Under the pieces are notes generated by a model. That model had not been told where the DNA came from, did no database searches, and was given only the letters and a program-made list of their open reading frames with translations. A stretch of 64,000 nt of DNA. Source: Anaeromyxobacter sp. Its GTDB lineage: Bacteria > Myxococcota > Myxococcia > Myxococcales > Anaeromyxobacteraceae. The stretch covers positions 416,001 through 480,000 of the forward strand of contig JASGJN010000026.1 in NCBI GenBank assembly GCA_049840735.1, given 5' to 3'. Below are positions 54,531 through 64,000 of the stretch, one piece after another (within the stretch, counting starts at the first letter, position 1; each line of letters opens with the position of its first letter). Made by a program: the position numbers and the translations under genes.

Positions 54531-57500
54531 ATGTCCTCCATCTCACGGCTCACGGTCCTGACCGCCGCGCTCGCGGCGCTGGGCCTCGCCTGCTCTCGCC
54601 AGGAGGCGCAGCTCGGCGCGCCCATCCGCACGTCCGCAGCCGCCCCCATCGCCGCCGGCAACACCGGCGCCCGCACCGGCCACGTGGCGGTCGCGCTCCC
54701 CACCGGCAAGATCCTCATCGCCGGCGGTCGCGGCAGCGTCGCGGGCACGCCCCTGGCCACGGCCGAGCTGTACGACCCGACCACCGGCGCCGTCGCCGCG
54801 ACCGGCCCGCTGACCACCGCGCGCGCCGAGGCCACCGCCACGCTGCTCGCCGACGGCCGGGTGCTGGTGGCTGGCGGCCACGGCGCCGCCGGCGCGCCGC
54901 TGGCCAGCGCCGAGCTCTACGACCCGGTCGCCGGGACCTTCTCGGCGGCGGGCAGCCTGACCAGCGCCCGCGCGGGCCACACCACCACCCGGCTCTCCAG
55001 CGGCGTGGTGCTGGCGGCCGGCGGCCAGGGCGCCTCGGCGCCGCTCGCCTCCGTCGAGGCGTACAATCCGGCCACCAACCTGTGGACCGCCGCCCCCGAC
55101 CTCGCCGCCGCGCGCGTCAACCACACCGCCACGCTGCTCCCCTCCGGCGCCCTCCTGATCGCCGGCGGCGAGGGCGGCGTCCCCTCGGTCTCCGCCGAGC
55201 GGTACACCCCCGGCGCCGGCTCGGCCGCGCTGCCGGACATGGCCACGGCCCGCAGCAAGCACACCGCCACGCTGCTCCCCGGCGGCGACGTGCTGATCGC
55301 CGGCGGTGGCGACGGCGCCGGCCCCACCGCCTCCGCCGAGGTGTTCGACGGCGCCGGCTTCTCCGGCGTGGGCGACCTGAACGCCGCGCGCCTCGACGCC
55401 AGCGCCACCCTGCTCCCCGACGGCCGCGTGGTCGTGGCGGGCGGCGAGGGCGCGAGCGGCCCCCTGGACTCGATCGAGGTCTACTCCGGCACCACCTTCG
55501 GCCCCGGCGGCCTGCTGGACGCCGCCCGCACCGGCCACACCGCCACGCTGCTCCTGGACGGCCGCGTCCTGCTGGTGGGCGGCGCCGGCGCCTCGAGCGT
55601 GCTCACGCTGGCCGAGGCCGTCGCCCCGATGGGCGGCGACTGGTCCGACGCCGGGACCGTGCTGGCGGGCCGCTACGGCCACGCCTCGGTCCTCCTCCCC
55701 GACGGCCGCGTCCTGGTCACCGGCGGCGTCAATCCCTGGGGCGGCTACCTGGCCACCACCCAGCTCTACGATCCGTCCGCTGGCTGGTCCACCGCGCACT
55801 CGATGGCCAGCGCCCGCGCGTTCCACTCCGCGACGCTCCTGCCCAGCGGCCTGGTGCTGGTGGCCGGCGGCAAGGGCGGCCCGAACAACTTCCGCGACAC
55901 CGCCGAGCTGTACGACCCGGCGTCCGACACCTGGACCGCCGCGGGCTCGATGACCAGCCCGCGCTCGAACCACACCGCCACGCTGCTGGGCAACCGGCAG
56001 GTGCTCATCACCGGCGGCGAGACCGCCGGCGGCGAGCTGAACAGCGCCGAGCTCTACGACGCGACCACCGGCTTCGCGGTCACCGGCGCCATGGCCGAGG
56101 CGCGGTCGCACCACACCGCCACGCTGCTGCCCGAAGGCACGGTGCTGGTCACCGGCGGCAGCGATGGCACGCACGCAGGGCTGGCCTCCGCCGAGGTCTT
56201 CTACCCGCCGAGCAATGCCTTCGTGCAGGTCGGCAGCATGTCCGTGGGTCGCGCCTCCCACACGGCCACGGTCCTTCCGAACGGGAACGTGCTGATCGTC
56301 GGCGGGATCGACCCTGTCTCCGGTCCGCAGGCCCTCGCGGAGGTGTTCATCTCCACGGGCTTCGTGTGGGGCTCCGCCGGGACCCTGGTCACCCCGCGCG
56401 GCGATCACGCCGCCGTCCTGCAGCCCAACGGCGACCTGCTGGTCATCGGCGGCCGCGCCGGCGCGGCCGGCGGCCTGCACGACGTCGAGCGCTGGGACGC
56501 CGCCACCTCCACCTTCGAGCAGCTCCGCCCGCTCTCCAACGCGCGCCGTGACTTCACCGCCACGGTCCTGCCCGACGCCACCGTGCTGGTGGTGGGCGGC
56601 GACACCGTGGTCACCGGCAACGGCGCGGAGGTCTACGACGCGTACGCCCTCACGCCGGCCGTCTACGCGCCCACCCTGGCCGGCCCGATGCCCATCCGCG
56701 TGCCGGGCGCCCTGCTGGACCTCTCCGGCACCGGCCTCACCGGCGTCTCCGAGGGCTCCTCCGGCGCCACCACCTCCTCGGCCGTGAACCACCCCATCGC
56801 CGTCCTGGAGCGCGAGGGGAACGAGGGCGTGCTCTACGCGCCCGTCACCCGGTTCACCACCACCAGCGCCACCGTCCGCCTGCCTGGGCTGCAGCCCGGC
56901 TGGTGGTGGGTGCGGGTCTACGCCGCCGGCGTCCCGACCCGCGCCTGGCCGCTGCAGGTGCTCGATCCCTTCATCGTCGACCCGGCCACCGTGACCGTCC
57001 CGCCGCGCGGCAGCTACGCCTTCTCCGCGACCGGCGCGAGCGGCACCGGCTACGTCTGGTCCATCGCCCAGGCGGGCAGCCTCCCGGGGACCACCATCGA
57101 CGCCGCCTCCGGCGTCTACACCGCCGGCTCCACCGGCGACACCACCGACATCGTCGAGGTGGAGGACTCGAGCCACAACACCGCCCAGGCGGTGGTGACG
57201 GTGGGCCCAGGCGTCTCCATCACCCCGGCCGACCCGCAGGTCCCGCCGCGCGGCTCGGTGGCCTTCTCGGCCGCCGGCGGCTCCGGCGCCGGTTTCCAGT
57301 GGGCCATCGCCACCAACCTGTCCGGCGGCGCCATCGACGCCGCCTCGGGCGCCTACACCGCCGGCGCGAGCGGCGGCGTGACGGACGTGGTCCAGGTGAC
57401 CGACTCGCTCGGCAACATCGCCACCACCACCGTGCGCGTCACCACCGCGCTCGAGATCAGCCCGACCGAGGCCGACACCACCCCGCTCGGCACCGTCACC

Positions 57501-59675
57501 TTCACCGCCAGCGGCGGCAGCGGCGAGGGCATCACCTGGTCGGTCTCCACCAACGCCTCCGGCGGCTCGATCGCAGGCGGCGTCTACACCGCCGGCCGCA
57601 CCGGCAGCGTGGACGACGTGGTCCGCGTGACCGACTCGGTGGGCAACGTCGCCGAGGCCGTCGTCCACGTCAGCGCCGGCATCAGCATCACCCCGCCCGG
57701 CACCACCGTGGCGCCGGGCGCCGGCGCCGCCTTCACCGCCACGGGCGGGACCGACACCGGCTTCGTCTGGGCCCTGACCACCAACGGCTCCGGCGGCACC
57801 ATCGACGCCGCCACCGGCGCCTACGTCGCCGGCACCGCCAACGGCCCGCGCGGCCAGGTCACCGACGTGGTCACCGTGACCGACTCGCTGGGCAACCTCG
57901 CCAGCGTCAACGTGACGGTCACCCCCGGCATCACCATCTCGCCGGCCAACCCCGGCGCCCACCCCGGCGAGTCCATCACCCTCACCGCCAGCGGCGGCAG
58001 CAACGCCGGCTACACCTGGACCACCGTCACCAGCACCTCCGGCGGCGGCGTCACCGCCGGCGGCGTCTACACCGGCGGCACGCAGCCCGGCACGGTGGAC
58101 GTGGTCCGCGTGACCGACTCGCTCGGCAACACCGCCGAGGTCGAGGTGGTGGTCTACCCCGAGTGGAAGGCCACCGGCTCCGGCTGCACCTCGTCCGGCG
58201 GCAGCTCGGGCGGCCTGGCCCTGGCGCTGATGGGCCTGCTGCTGGCGCTCCGCGCCGGCCGGCGGTCCTCCCGCTCCTTTCGCAAGGGCGCGGCGGCGCT
58301 GATCCTGATCGGCGCCGCGGCCACCGCCCAGGCGCAGGAGGCCTCCCGCGCCTTCGTCGTGCAGCGCTTCCAGCCCTCCGGCGGCGCGTACGACGTGCTG
58401 GGCGTGGAGTCGGCCCAGACGCCCGGCCACCTGAAGTTCAGCGGGCAGCTCTGGCTCAACTACGCCAGCCGCCCGCTGGTGCTGGTGGCGCCGAACATGG
58501 AGGACGTGGCGCTGGTGAAGAGCCAGACCGGCATCGACCTGGCGCTGTCGCTGGGCCTGACCGACTGGGCCGAGGTGTCGGTGGTCGCGGCGGGCGTGCT
58601 CGACCAGACCAGCGAGACCAACCGCTTCGTGCCGCCGCAGCTGGCGGCCGACCTGACCAGCCCCGGCTTCTCCGACCTGCGCCTCATCCCCAAGGCCCGG
58701 CTGCTGGACTGGAAGGGCCTCCGGCTGGGCGTGTCCGTCCCGGTGACCTTCCCCACCGGCGACGCCGACTCCTACCTGGGCCACGACGCCGTCACCTTCG
58801 CGCCGCGCGCCCTGGTCGAGGTGGACACGCTCCCCTGGCTGCGCCTGCTCCTCAACGGCGGCGCCGTCATCCGCGAGGATCGCCAGCTGGTGAACCTCAC
58901 CGTCGGCAACGCCTGGACCTACGGCGTCGGCGCCGAGGTGCCGTTCATGGTCGGGCAGCAGCGCCTGTCCGCCATCGGCAGCCTGGCCGGTGAGATTGGG
59001 ATGGACGACTCGTCCGCCCAGGCCAGGCCGCTGGAGGCGCTGGCCGGCCTGAAGTGGCTGCACCGGTCCGGCCTGTCGCTGGCCGCCGGCGGCGGCCCCG
59101 GCATCGGCGAGGGCTACGGCACGCCCGAGTACCGCGTCTTCTTCCAGCTGGGCTGGACCAACGCCAATCCGAAGCGGTCCGGCTACACGCCGCCGCCTCC
59201 GCCGCCGCCCGCGCCGAAGGAGGAGCTGAAGAAGGAAGAGCCGAAGAAGGAGGAGCCCAAGGCCGAGCCCACGCCTCCGCCGCCCCCGCCGCCGGTCGTC
59301 ACCCCGCCGCCCGCCGAGGAGCAGGAGGAGGAGCTGCGGATCGACACCCGCATCTACTTCGGCTTCAACAAGAAGGACCTCAAGCCCGAGTACCAGAAGA
59401 CGCTGGCCGAGCTGGCCCAGGTCATCGCCTCCGACCCGCGCTACCGCCACATCCGGATCGAGGGCCACGCCGACGACCTCGGCGCCGAGGAGTACAACCA
59501 GTGGCTCTCTGAGCAGCGCGCCCAGACGGTGAAGAAGTACCTGGTGAAGCACGGCGTCGACCCGAGCCGCATCGAGGTGATCGGCTACGGCAACCGCCGC
59601 CCGTCCGAGCCCGGCAAGACCAAGTCCACCCGCGCCAAGAACCGCCGCGTCGAGTTCGGGGTCAGCTCGCACTAA
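54531..59675 (+). CDS. 1714-aa lipoprotein: 14 Kelch repeats, 5 Ig-like repeats, internal MYXO-CTERM-like segment, second signal peptide, OM beta-barrel, Pro-rich linker and OmpA C-terminal domain
   Basis: 'GLAC' lipobox; R.xHTATLL..G.VL..GG repeats; 'V.VTDS.GN.A' repeats; 'GSGCTSSGG..LALALMGLLLALRAGRR'; 'AAATAQAQE'; OmpA motifs 'IEGHAD', 'LSEQRA', 'GYG', 'KNRRVEF'. Confidence 0.88.
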   Translation: MSSISRLTVLTAALAALGLACSRQEAQLGAPIRTSAAAPIAAGNTGARTGHVAVALPTGKILIAGGRGSVAGTPLATAELYDPTTGAVAATGPLTTARAEATATLLADGRVLVAGGHGAAGAPLASAELYDPVAGTFSAAGSLTSARAGHTTTRLSSGVVLAAGGQGASAPLASVEAYNPATNLWTAAPDLAAARVNHTATLLPSGALLIAGGEGGVPSVSAERYTPGAGSAALPDMATARSKHTATLLPGGDVLIAGGGDGAGPTASAEVFDGAGFSGVGDLNAARLDASATLLPDGRVVVAGGEGASGPLDSIEVYSGTTFGPGGLLDAARTGHTATLLLDGRVLLVGGAGASSVLTLAEAVAPMGGDWSDAGTVLAGRYGHASVLLPDGRVLVTGGVNPWGGYLATTQLYDPSAGWSTAHSMASARAFHSATLLPSGLVLVAGGKGGPNNFRDTAELYDPASDTWTAAGSMTSPRSNHTATLLGNRQVLITGGETAGGELNSAELYDATTGFAVTGAMAEARSHHTATLLPEGTVLVTGGSDGTHAGLASAEVFYPPSNAFVQVGSMSVGRASHTATVLPNGNVLIVGGIDPVSGPQALAEVFISTGFVWGSAGTLVTPRGDHAAVLQPNGDLLVIGGRAGAAGGLHDVERWDAATSTFEQLRPLSNARRDFTATVLPDATVLVVGGDTVVTGNGAEVYDAYALTPAVYAPTLAGPMPIRVPGALLDLSGTGLTGVSEGSSGATTSSAVNHPIAVLEREGNEGVLYAPVTRFTTTSATVRLPGLQPGWWWVRVYAAGVPTRAWPLQVLDPFIVDPATVTVPPRGSYAFSATGASGTGYVWSIAQAGSLPGTTIDAASGVYTAGSTGDTTDIVEVEDSSHNTAQAVVTVGPGVSITPADPQVPPRGSVAFSAAGGSGAGFQWAIATNLSGGAIDAASGAYTAGASGGVTDVVQVTDSLGNIATTTVRVTTALEISPTEADTTPLGTVTFTASGGSGEGITWSVSTNASGGSIAGGVYTAGRTGSVDDVVRVTDSVGNVAEAVVHVSAGISITPPGTTVAPGAGAAFTATGGTDTGFVWALTTNGSGGTIDAATGAYVAGTANGPRGQVTDVVTVTDSLGNLASVNVTVTPGITISPANPGAHPGESITLTASGGSNAGYTWTTVTSTSGGGVTAGGVYTGGTQPGTVDVVRVTDSLGNTAEVEVVVYPEWKATGSGCTSSGGSSGGLALALMGLLLALRAGRRSSRSFRKGAAALILIGAAATAQAQEASRAFVVQRFQPSGGAYDVLGVESAQTPGHLKFSGQLWLNYASRPLVLVAPNMEDVALVKSQTGIDLALSLGLTDWAEVSVVAAGVLDQTSETNRFVPPQLAADLTSPGFSDLRLIPKARLLDWKGLRLGVSVPVTFPTGDADSYLGHDAVTFAPRALVEVDTLPWLRLLLNGGAVIREDRQLVNLTVGNAWTYGVGAEVPFMVGQQRLSAIGSLAGEIGMDDSSAQARPLEALAGLKWLHRSGLSLAAGGGPGIGEGYGTPEYRVFFQLGWTNANPKRSGYTPPPPPPPAPKEELKKEEPKKEEPKAEPTPPPPPPPVVTPPPAEEQEEELRIDTRIYFGFNKKDLKPEYQKTLAELAQVIASDPRYRHIRIEGHADDLGAEEYNQWLSEQRAQTVKKYLVKHGVDPSRIEVIGYGNRRPSEPGKTKSTRAKNRRVEFGVSSH

Positions 59676-59741
59676 CCGTTCGGGCCGGCGCCGCCGGCCC
59701 GAACCTCCGGTCCCGAACCCGGAGACGCTGCGCAACAAACC

Positions 59742-59780
59742 AGGCCCGGTCACCTTCCGAGGTGGCCGGGCCTTTCTGTT
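59742..59780 (+). terminator. Rho-independent terminator
   Basis: AGGCCCGGTCACC-ttccga-GGTGGCCGGGCCT followed by TTCTGTT. Confidence 0.75.
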
Positions 59781-59840
59781 GTCCCCGGCTCACCCAGCGC
59801 CACGTGACCAAGCCGCCTGCCCCCCCGTCGCAGTCCCCCC

Positions 59841-59972
59841 CGTCCCCGTCCCTCCCCTCCCTGCGCCCGGCACCGCTCCCCCTGTCCCCGTCCCCGTCCC
59901 TCCCCTCCCTGCGCCCGGCACCGCTCCCCCTGTCCCCGTCCCCGTCCCTCCCCCCCTGCGCCCGGCACCGCT
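59841..59972. repeat. 48-bp C-rich tandem repeat, ~2.7 copies
   Basis: Unit CGTCCCCGTCCCTCCCCTCCCTGCGCCCGGCACCGCTCCCCCTGTCCC at 59841 and 59889, partial copy at 59937. Confidence 0.85.
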
Positions 59973-60505
59973 TCCAAGGCGCTGCTCGCAGCTCATACGA
60001 ACTCCGCCCACTGGCCGGCAGCTCCACACTTCGAGGCAACCCCGGTCAACTATCGCCGGCGATAGCTCGAGTGGGGCGCGAACAGTGCAGTGTTGACGCG
60101 AGCAGATCGCCGTTGACTGGCCGTGATCAGGGCCGCCCGACGAAGCTCCGCCTCGCTTCATCGACCCCGGCTGATGCACCCCGTCCCGCCCTGGCAACTT
60201 GATTCGGGCGGATGATGTCACGCGCCTCGCAGTGCCGTACCACCCAGGCGCCGCCCGTCCGGTCAGCGCCCAGCACAGTCTGTCCGCGGTTCGACAGGCT
60301 CACCGCGAACGGATGGCGCCACCTCGCTGCACCCAGCGCCCGCACTCACACCTGACTGTCAGCGCTGTCGTGCCTGGCTCCGCCAAGGCCCACGCCCCAC
60401 TTCCCCCCCAGTCCCAAGCCCCCCAACTCCTCCCCTCAGCAGCGCACCGCCCTCGGCGCGGGGGCAGGGCCCCCCGCGCTCCGTACCGCCGGCAGGCCCA
60501 TACCG

Positions 60506-60732
60506 CCGGCAGCCCCCACGCCGGCAGCCCCCACGCCGGCAGCCCCCACGCCGGCAGCCCTCACGCCGGCAGCCCCCACTCCGGCAGCCCCCACTCCGGC
60601 AGCCCCCACTCCGGCAGCCCCCACTCCGGCAGCCCCCACTCCGGCAGCCCCCACTCCGGCAGCCCCCACTCCGGCAGCCCCCACTCCGGCAGCCCCCACT
60701 CCGGCAGCCCCTCACTCCGGCAGCCCCTCACT
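60506..60732. repeat. 15-bp minisatellite CCGGCAGCCCCCAC(G/T), ~15 copies
   Basis: 13 contiguous 15-mers plus two 16-mers; the first four end in G, the rest in T. Confidence 0.95.
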
Positions 60733-60869
60733 CCTGCAGCCCCCTCCCGCCCCCCCCACTCCGGCACCGCATCCCCCGCCCGCGCAACCAACACCCCCCA
60801 TCTCAGACAGCTCGACCCGGCCCCCTCGCGGAGGCCGGGCCGAAAACCCGCAAGCAACGGAGTCGGTGC

Positions 60870-62567
60870 CTACCTGAGCCGCCAGATCCCGCTCCCCCGC
60901 CCCGGCAGCGTGGCCCGCCAGCCGGTGCCGGACTTCACCAGCCTCCCCTTCCCATCCACCAGCAGCTTCTCCGCCGCGGCCGCGGTCACCTCCAGCACCC
61001 CGGTGTCCACCGGCCGGCTGCCCAGGTTGTGCACCACCAGCACCGTCTCGTCGCCGGCGCGGCGGAGGAACGCCACCACTGTCCCGCGCCCCTCCGGCAC
61101 CGTGAGCAGCTGCAGGTCGCCGCGGGAGAGCGCGGCCGAGGCGTGCCGCACGCGGATGAGCGTGCGGTAGCGCGAGAGGACGGACTTCGGGTCCTTCGTC
61201 TCCCTGGCCACGTTGGCCTTGTCGGCGCCGGGCGCGAAGTCCTCCCACGCCTCCGAGGCGGCGGTGAAGCCGTGCGTGGGCGTGGCGTCCCAGGGCATGG
61301 GCGTCCGCTTCTCCTCGTCCTGGTCGCCCTCGCCGTTCTCCATCCCCAGCTCCTCGCCGTAGTAGATGAACGGGGAGCCGGGGAGGGTGAGCAGCAGCGA
61401 GCCGGCCAGCTTCAGCTTCTCGGTGTTGCCCAGCACCAGCGAGCCGAGTCGGCGCTGGTCGTGGTTGGTGAGGAAGGGGGCATCCACCGCGCCCTTCGGA
61501 TACGCGGCCTGGACGGCCTGCAGCGTCGAGACCAGGTCGTCGGCCCGGCCGCCCGCGGCGGCGCTGGCCAGCGCGGTGGCCAGCGGGAAGTCGAAGAGCA
61601 GCTGCAGCTCCTCGCGCGCGTCGCTGCCGTAGTAGGGCGCGATGTCGTCGGTGGTGGACCAGACCTCGCCCACCAGCGCCGCGTCGGGGCGAACGGTCCG
61701 GACGGCGGCGCTGAACTCCTTCAGGTAGACGTGGGTCTCGGGCAGGTCGGCCTGCGTCTCGGTCTTCTCGTCCTCCATCAGGTAGCGGATGGCGTCGAGC
61801 CGGAACCCGTCCACGCCCTGGTCCAGCCAGAACCGGGCGATGCGCTTGGCCTCCTCGCGCACCTCCGGGTTGCGGTAGTCGAGGTCGGGCATGCCGCCCC
61901 AGAACACGCCGTAGAAGTAGGCGCCCTTGCGCTGGTGCCAGACCTTGCCGGAGGGATCCCACGGCTGCCCCCAGTCCGGATCGTCCTGCCGCCAGACGTA
62001 CCAGCCGCGCTTCGGGCTGTCCGGCGAGGAGGCCGACTCGCGGAACCAGGGGTGGACCTCGGAGGTGTGGTTGAGCACCAGGTCCACGATCACCTTGAGG
62101 CCGCGCTTGTGGGCCTCCGCCAGCAGCCGCTGGAAGTCGGCGTTGGTGCCGTAGTCCTTCTCGATCTTCTCGTAGTCCACCACGTCGTAGCCGTGGTAGC
62201 TGGGCGACTCGAAGACCGGCATGAGCCACAGCGCGTCCACGCCCAGGTCGGTGGTGGTGGCCGGGTTGCCGTCGTTCAGGTAGTCGAGGCGCGAGATGAG
62301 CCCCTGCAGATCGCCCTTGCCGTCCTTGCCGCTGTCCTGGAAGGAGCGGACGAAGACCTCGTAGAAGACGGCTCCCTTCCACCATGGGTTCTCGCCGGCA
62401 GACGGCGGCGGCGGAGGCGGGGGAGGCGGGGGAGGAGGCGGCGGCTTCGGTGCCTCGGCCACCGGCGCGGTCGCGGGCGGCGGCGCGGGGGGCGGCTGGG
62501 ACGGCTTGGGCGGCGCGCTGGCGCAGCCGGCGACGAGGCTGAGCAGCAGGGCGAGGGAGCGGCGCAT
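60870..62567 (-). CDS. GH13 alpha-amylase/alpha-glucosidase family lipoprotein with a Pro-rich linker
   Basis: Lipobox 'VAGC'; '[18 protein letters not shown]', 'SYHGYDV', 'DLVLNH', '[10 protein letters not shown]', 'VGEVW', 'FLTNHD'. Confidence 0.93.
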   Translation of the reverse strand: MRRSLALLLSLVAGCASAPPKPSQPPPAPPPATAPVAEAPKPPPPPPPPPPPPPPSAGENPWWKGAVFYEVFVRSFQDSGKDGKGDLQGLISRLDYLNDGNPATTTDLGVDALWLMPVFESPSYHGYDVVDYEKIEKDYGTNADFQRLLAEAHKRGLKVIVDLVLNHTSEVHPWFRESASSPDSPKRGWYVWRQDDPDWGQPWDPSGKVWHQRKGAYFYGVFWGGMPDLDYRNPEVREEAKRIARFWLDQGVDGFRLDAIRYLMEDEKTETQADLPETHVYLKEFSAAVRTVRPDAALVGEVWSTTDDIAPYYGSDAREELQLLFDFPLATALASAAAGGRADDLVSTLQAVQAAYPKGAVDAPFLTNHDQRRLGSLVLGNTEKLKLAGSLLLTLPGSPFIYYGEELGMENGEGDQDEEKRTPMPWDATPTHGFTAASEAWEDFAPGADKANVARETKDPKSVLSRYRTLIRVRHASAALSRGDLQLLTVPEGRGTVVAFLRRAGDETVLVVHNLGSRPVDTGVLEVTAAAAEKLLVDGKGRLVKSGTGWRATLPGRGSGIWRLR

Positions 62568-62623
62568 GGGACCTCCTGTGGGAGGCGGACTCTAGCCCGC
62601 GCCCGCCGCCGGCGCGAGCGTCC

Positions 62624-63275
62624 TCACCGCCGCGCTGCGTGCGCCGCGCGGACGCAGCGGGCCAGCGCCTCGGCCCGGTCGCGCAGGTCGCTGCTCCACG
62701 CCAGCGGCCGGAACGGATCGGTGGCCAGCGCGAACCAGTAGAACCCCAGGCCCGCGCCCTGGTCCGACCCCTCCAGCCCCTCGATCAGCAGGTCGGGATT
62801 GCGCAGCTCGATCCCGCTGGTCTGCCAGAGCACCTCGAGATAGGCGGCGCGCTGCTCGCGGCAGGCCTCCGCCGGCGTGGGGGCGGGGGCAGCGTCCGGG
62901 CCGCTCCACCCGGCCGGAGCGGAGGCCGGAGGCGGGGGCCCGCCCGCGCGGGCCACCAGGTAGGGCGCCACCGACGCGGCCGGGACCACCGAGAAGGAGC
63001 CGGTTCTCGCGGTCCTCGGGGCCGGCCTCCTCCACGCGGAACCAGCCCTCGGGCAGGTCCACCCGCTGCCCCACCTTCACCTCGCGCCCGAGCACCTCGA
63101 CCCGGACGTTGTCCACCTGGATGCGTCCCTCGGCCCTGGGCGCCGCCGTGGCCACCGCGGCGGGTGCCGACCCGGGTGCCGCCGGCGCCGGCTCGGTCTG
63201 GGCCGCGGCCGGCCGGGTGGCGGCGACGGCCAGCGTGAGGACCAGGGCACGGAGCAGCGCGGACGGGCGGGGCAT
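62624..63275 (-). CDS. Secreted hypothetical protein; frameshift ~63004
   Basis: RBS ggagg, signal peptide 'MPRPSALLRALVLTLAVAATRPAAAQ'; joins ORF 62624..62989 if one base is removed. Confidence 0.55.
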
Positions 63276-63397
63276 GGGCACCTCCAGCGCAGAACATCGT
63301 CAGGTGGCCGAGCGGGCGCAAGCCACCGGCCCGCGAGGCGCAACGACATCCTGCCCCGTTTCGGCTACGAGGGAGAAGATCGTCAACGGAGGCCGTC

Positions 63398-64000
63398 ATG
63401 CGGGTCGCGATCGTGGGGGCAGGCGGGGTCGGTGGGCTCCTGGCGGCGCTCCTCTCCCGCGCCGGGGAGGACGTGGCGGTGGTCTCGCGCGGCGCCACGC
63501 TGGACGCGCTGCGCGCCCGCGGCCTGGCGCTGGACTCGCCGCTGGGGCGCTTCACCTGCCGGCCCGACGCGGCGGAGGACCCGGCGGCGCTGGGGGTCGC
63601 CGACGCGGTGCTGGTGGCGGTGAAGGCCTGGCAGGTGGCGGAGCTGGCGCCGCGGCTGCGGCCGCTGGTGGGATCGGAGACGGTGGTGGTGCCGCTGCAG
63701 AACGGCGTGGAGGCGCCGGAGCGGCTGGCGGCGGCGCTGGGGTCGGCGGTGGCGGGCGCGACCATCCACGTGCTGGCCTGGCAGGTGGGGCCGGCGCAGG
63801 TGCGCCACGGCGGTTACCCGCCGCGCGTGACCCTGGGCGCGCGCGGGCAGGCGGCGCTGGCGCCGCGGCTGGCGCGCCTGGCGGACGCGCTGCAGCGCGC
63901 CGGGGTGGGCGCGAAGGTGGTCGAGGACGTGGACCGCGCGCTCTGGGAGAAGCTGATGCTGGTGGAGCCCTGGGGCGCGGTGGGGGCCGCGGCCCGGGCG
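63398..64000 (+). CDS. panE: 2-dehydropantoate 2-reductase (ketopantoate reductase), 3'-partial
   Basis: 'MRVAIVGAGGVGG', 'LVAVKAWQV', 'PLQNGV', 'LWEKLM'; runs off the window end. Confidence 0.9.
   Translation, partial: MRVAIVGAGGVGGLLAALLSRAGEDVAVVSRGATLDALRARGLALDSPLGRFTCRPDAAEDPAALGVADAVLVAVKAWQVAELAPRLRPLVGSETVVVPLQNGVEAPERLAAALGSAVAGATIHVLAWQVGPAQVRHGGYPPRVTLGARGQAALAPRLARLADALQRAGVGAKVVEDVDRALWEKLMLVEPWGAVGAAARA

Noticed and set aside
60199..61170. ORF with (GSPHS)n repeats, and the other-frame ORFs over the minisatellite (GAAGV, WGLPE, GGCRS repeats)
   Set aside because: A 15-bp stop-free repeat is open in most frames. There is no RBS or domain, and the ORF overlaps the real GH13 gene on the opposite strand.

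Overview
Very GC-rich bacterial chromosomal DNA. Gene content (DUF2378 protein, MYXO-CTERM-like sorting signal, GGGGCGCAGCCCC-type repeats) points to an Anaeromyxobacter-like member of the Myxococcota; this is an inference. About 20 single-base frameshifts split otherwise intact genes. Many fall at GATC sites, so I treat them as sequencing errors and report the genes as rejoined CDSs. In order: (1) 1-13483, a secreted multicopper-oxidase (MCO) cluster with a giant IPT/beta-helix protein, three two-domain cupredoxin paralogues with complementary copper ligands, an S8 protease, SCO and a cytochrome c-periplasmic-binding-protein fusion; (2) hpf-ptsN, a signal-less RbsB-like protein, an SGNH lipoprotein and a composite REP-like array; (3) a Yip1-TolC-MacA-ABC-2x permease-lepB operon; (4) divergent ppx/ppk1; (5) an inositol-glycolipid operon (ino1, PIP-synthase-like, PimA-like GT4, two acyltransferases, metallophosphoesterase, MMPL); (6) a receiver protein and GAF histidine kinase, DedA, EncFtn plus family 1 encapsulin, DUF2378 and a nucleotidyltransferase; (7) a starch/maltodextrin locus (GH13 lipoproteins, malK/E/F/G, lamB, stand-alone carbohydrate-binding proteins) containing a 1714-aa Kelch/Ig-MYXO-CTERM-second signal peptide-OmpA protein and C-rich tandem repeats; (8) partial panE. 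No rRNA, tRNA, CRISPR array or transposase was recognised. The best candidates for new biology are the putative heteromeric split MCO, the PIM-like lipid operon and the apparent surface-protein/OmpA polyprotein. All family calls come from recognising motifs by eye, not from database searches.
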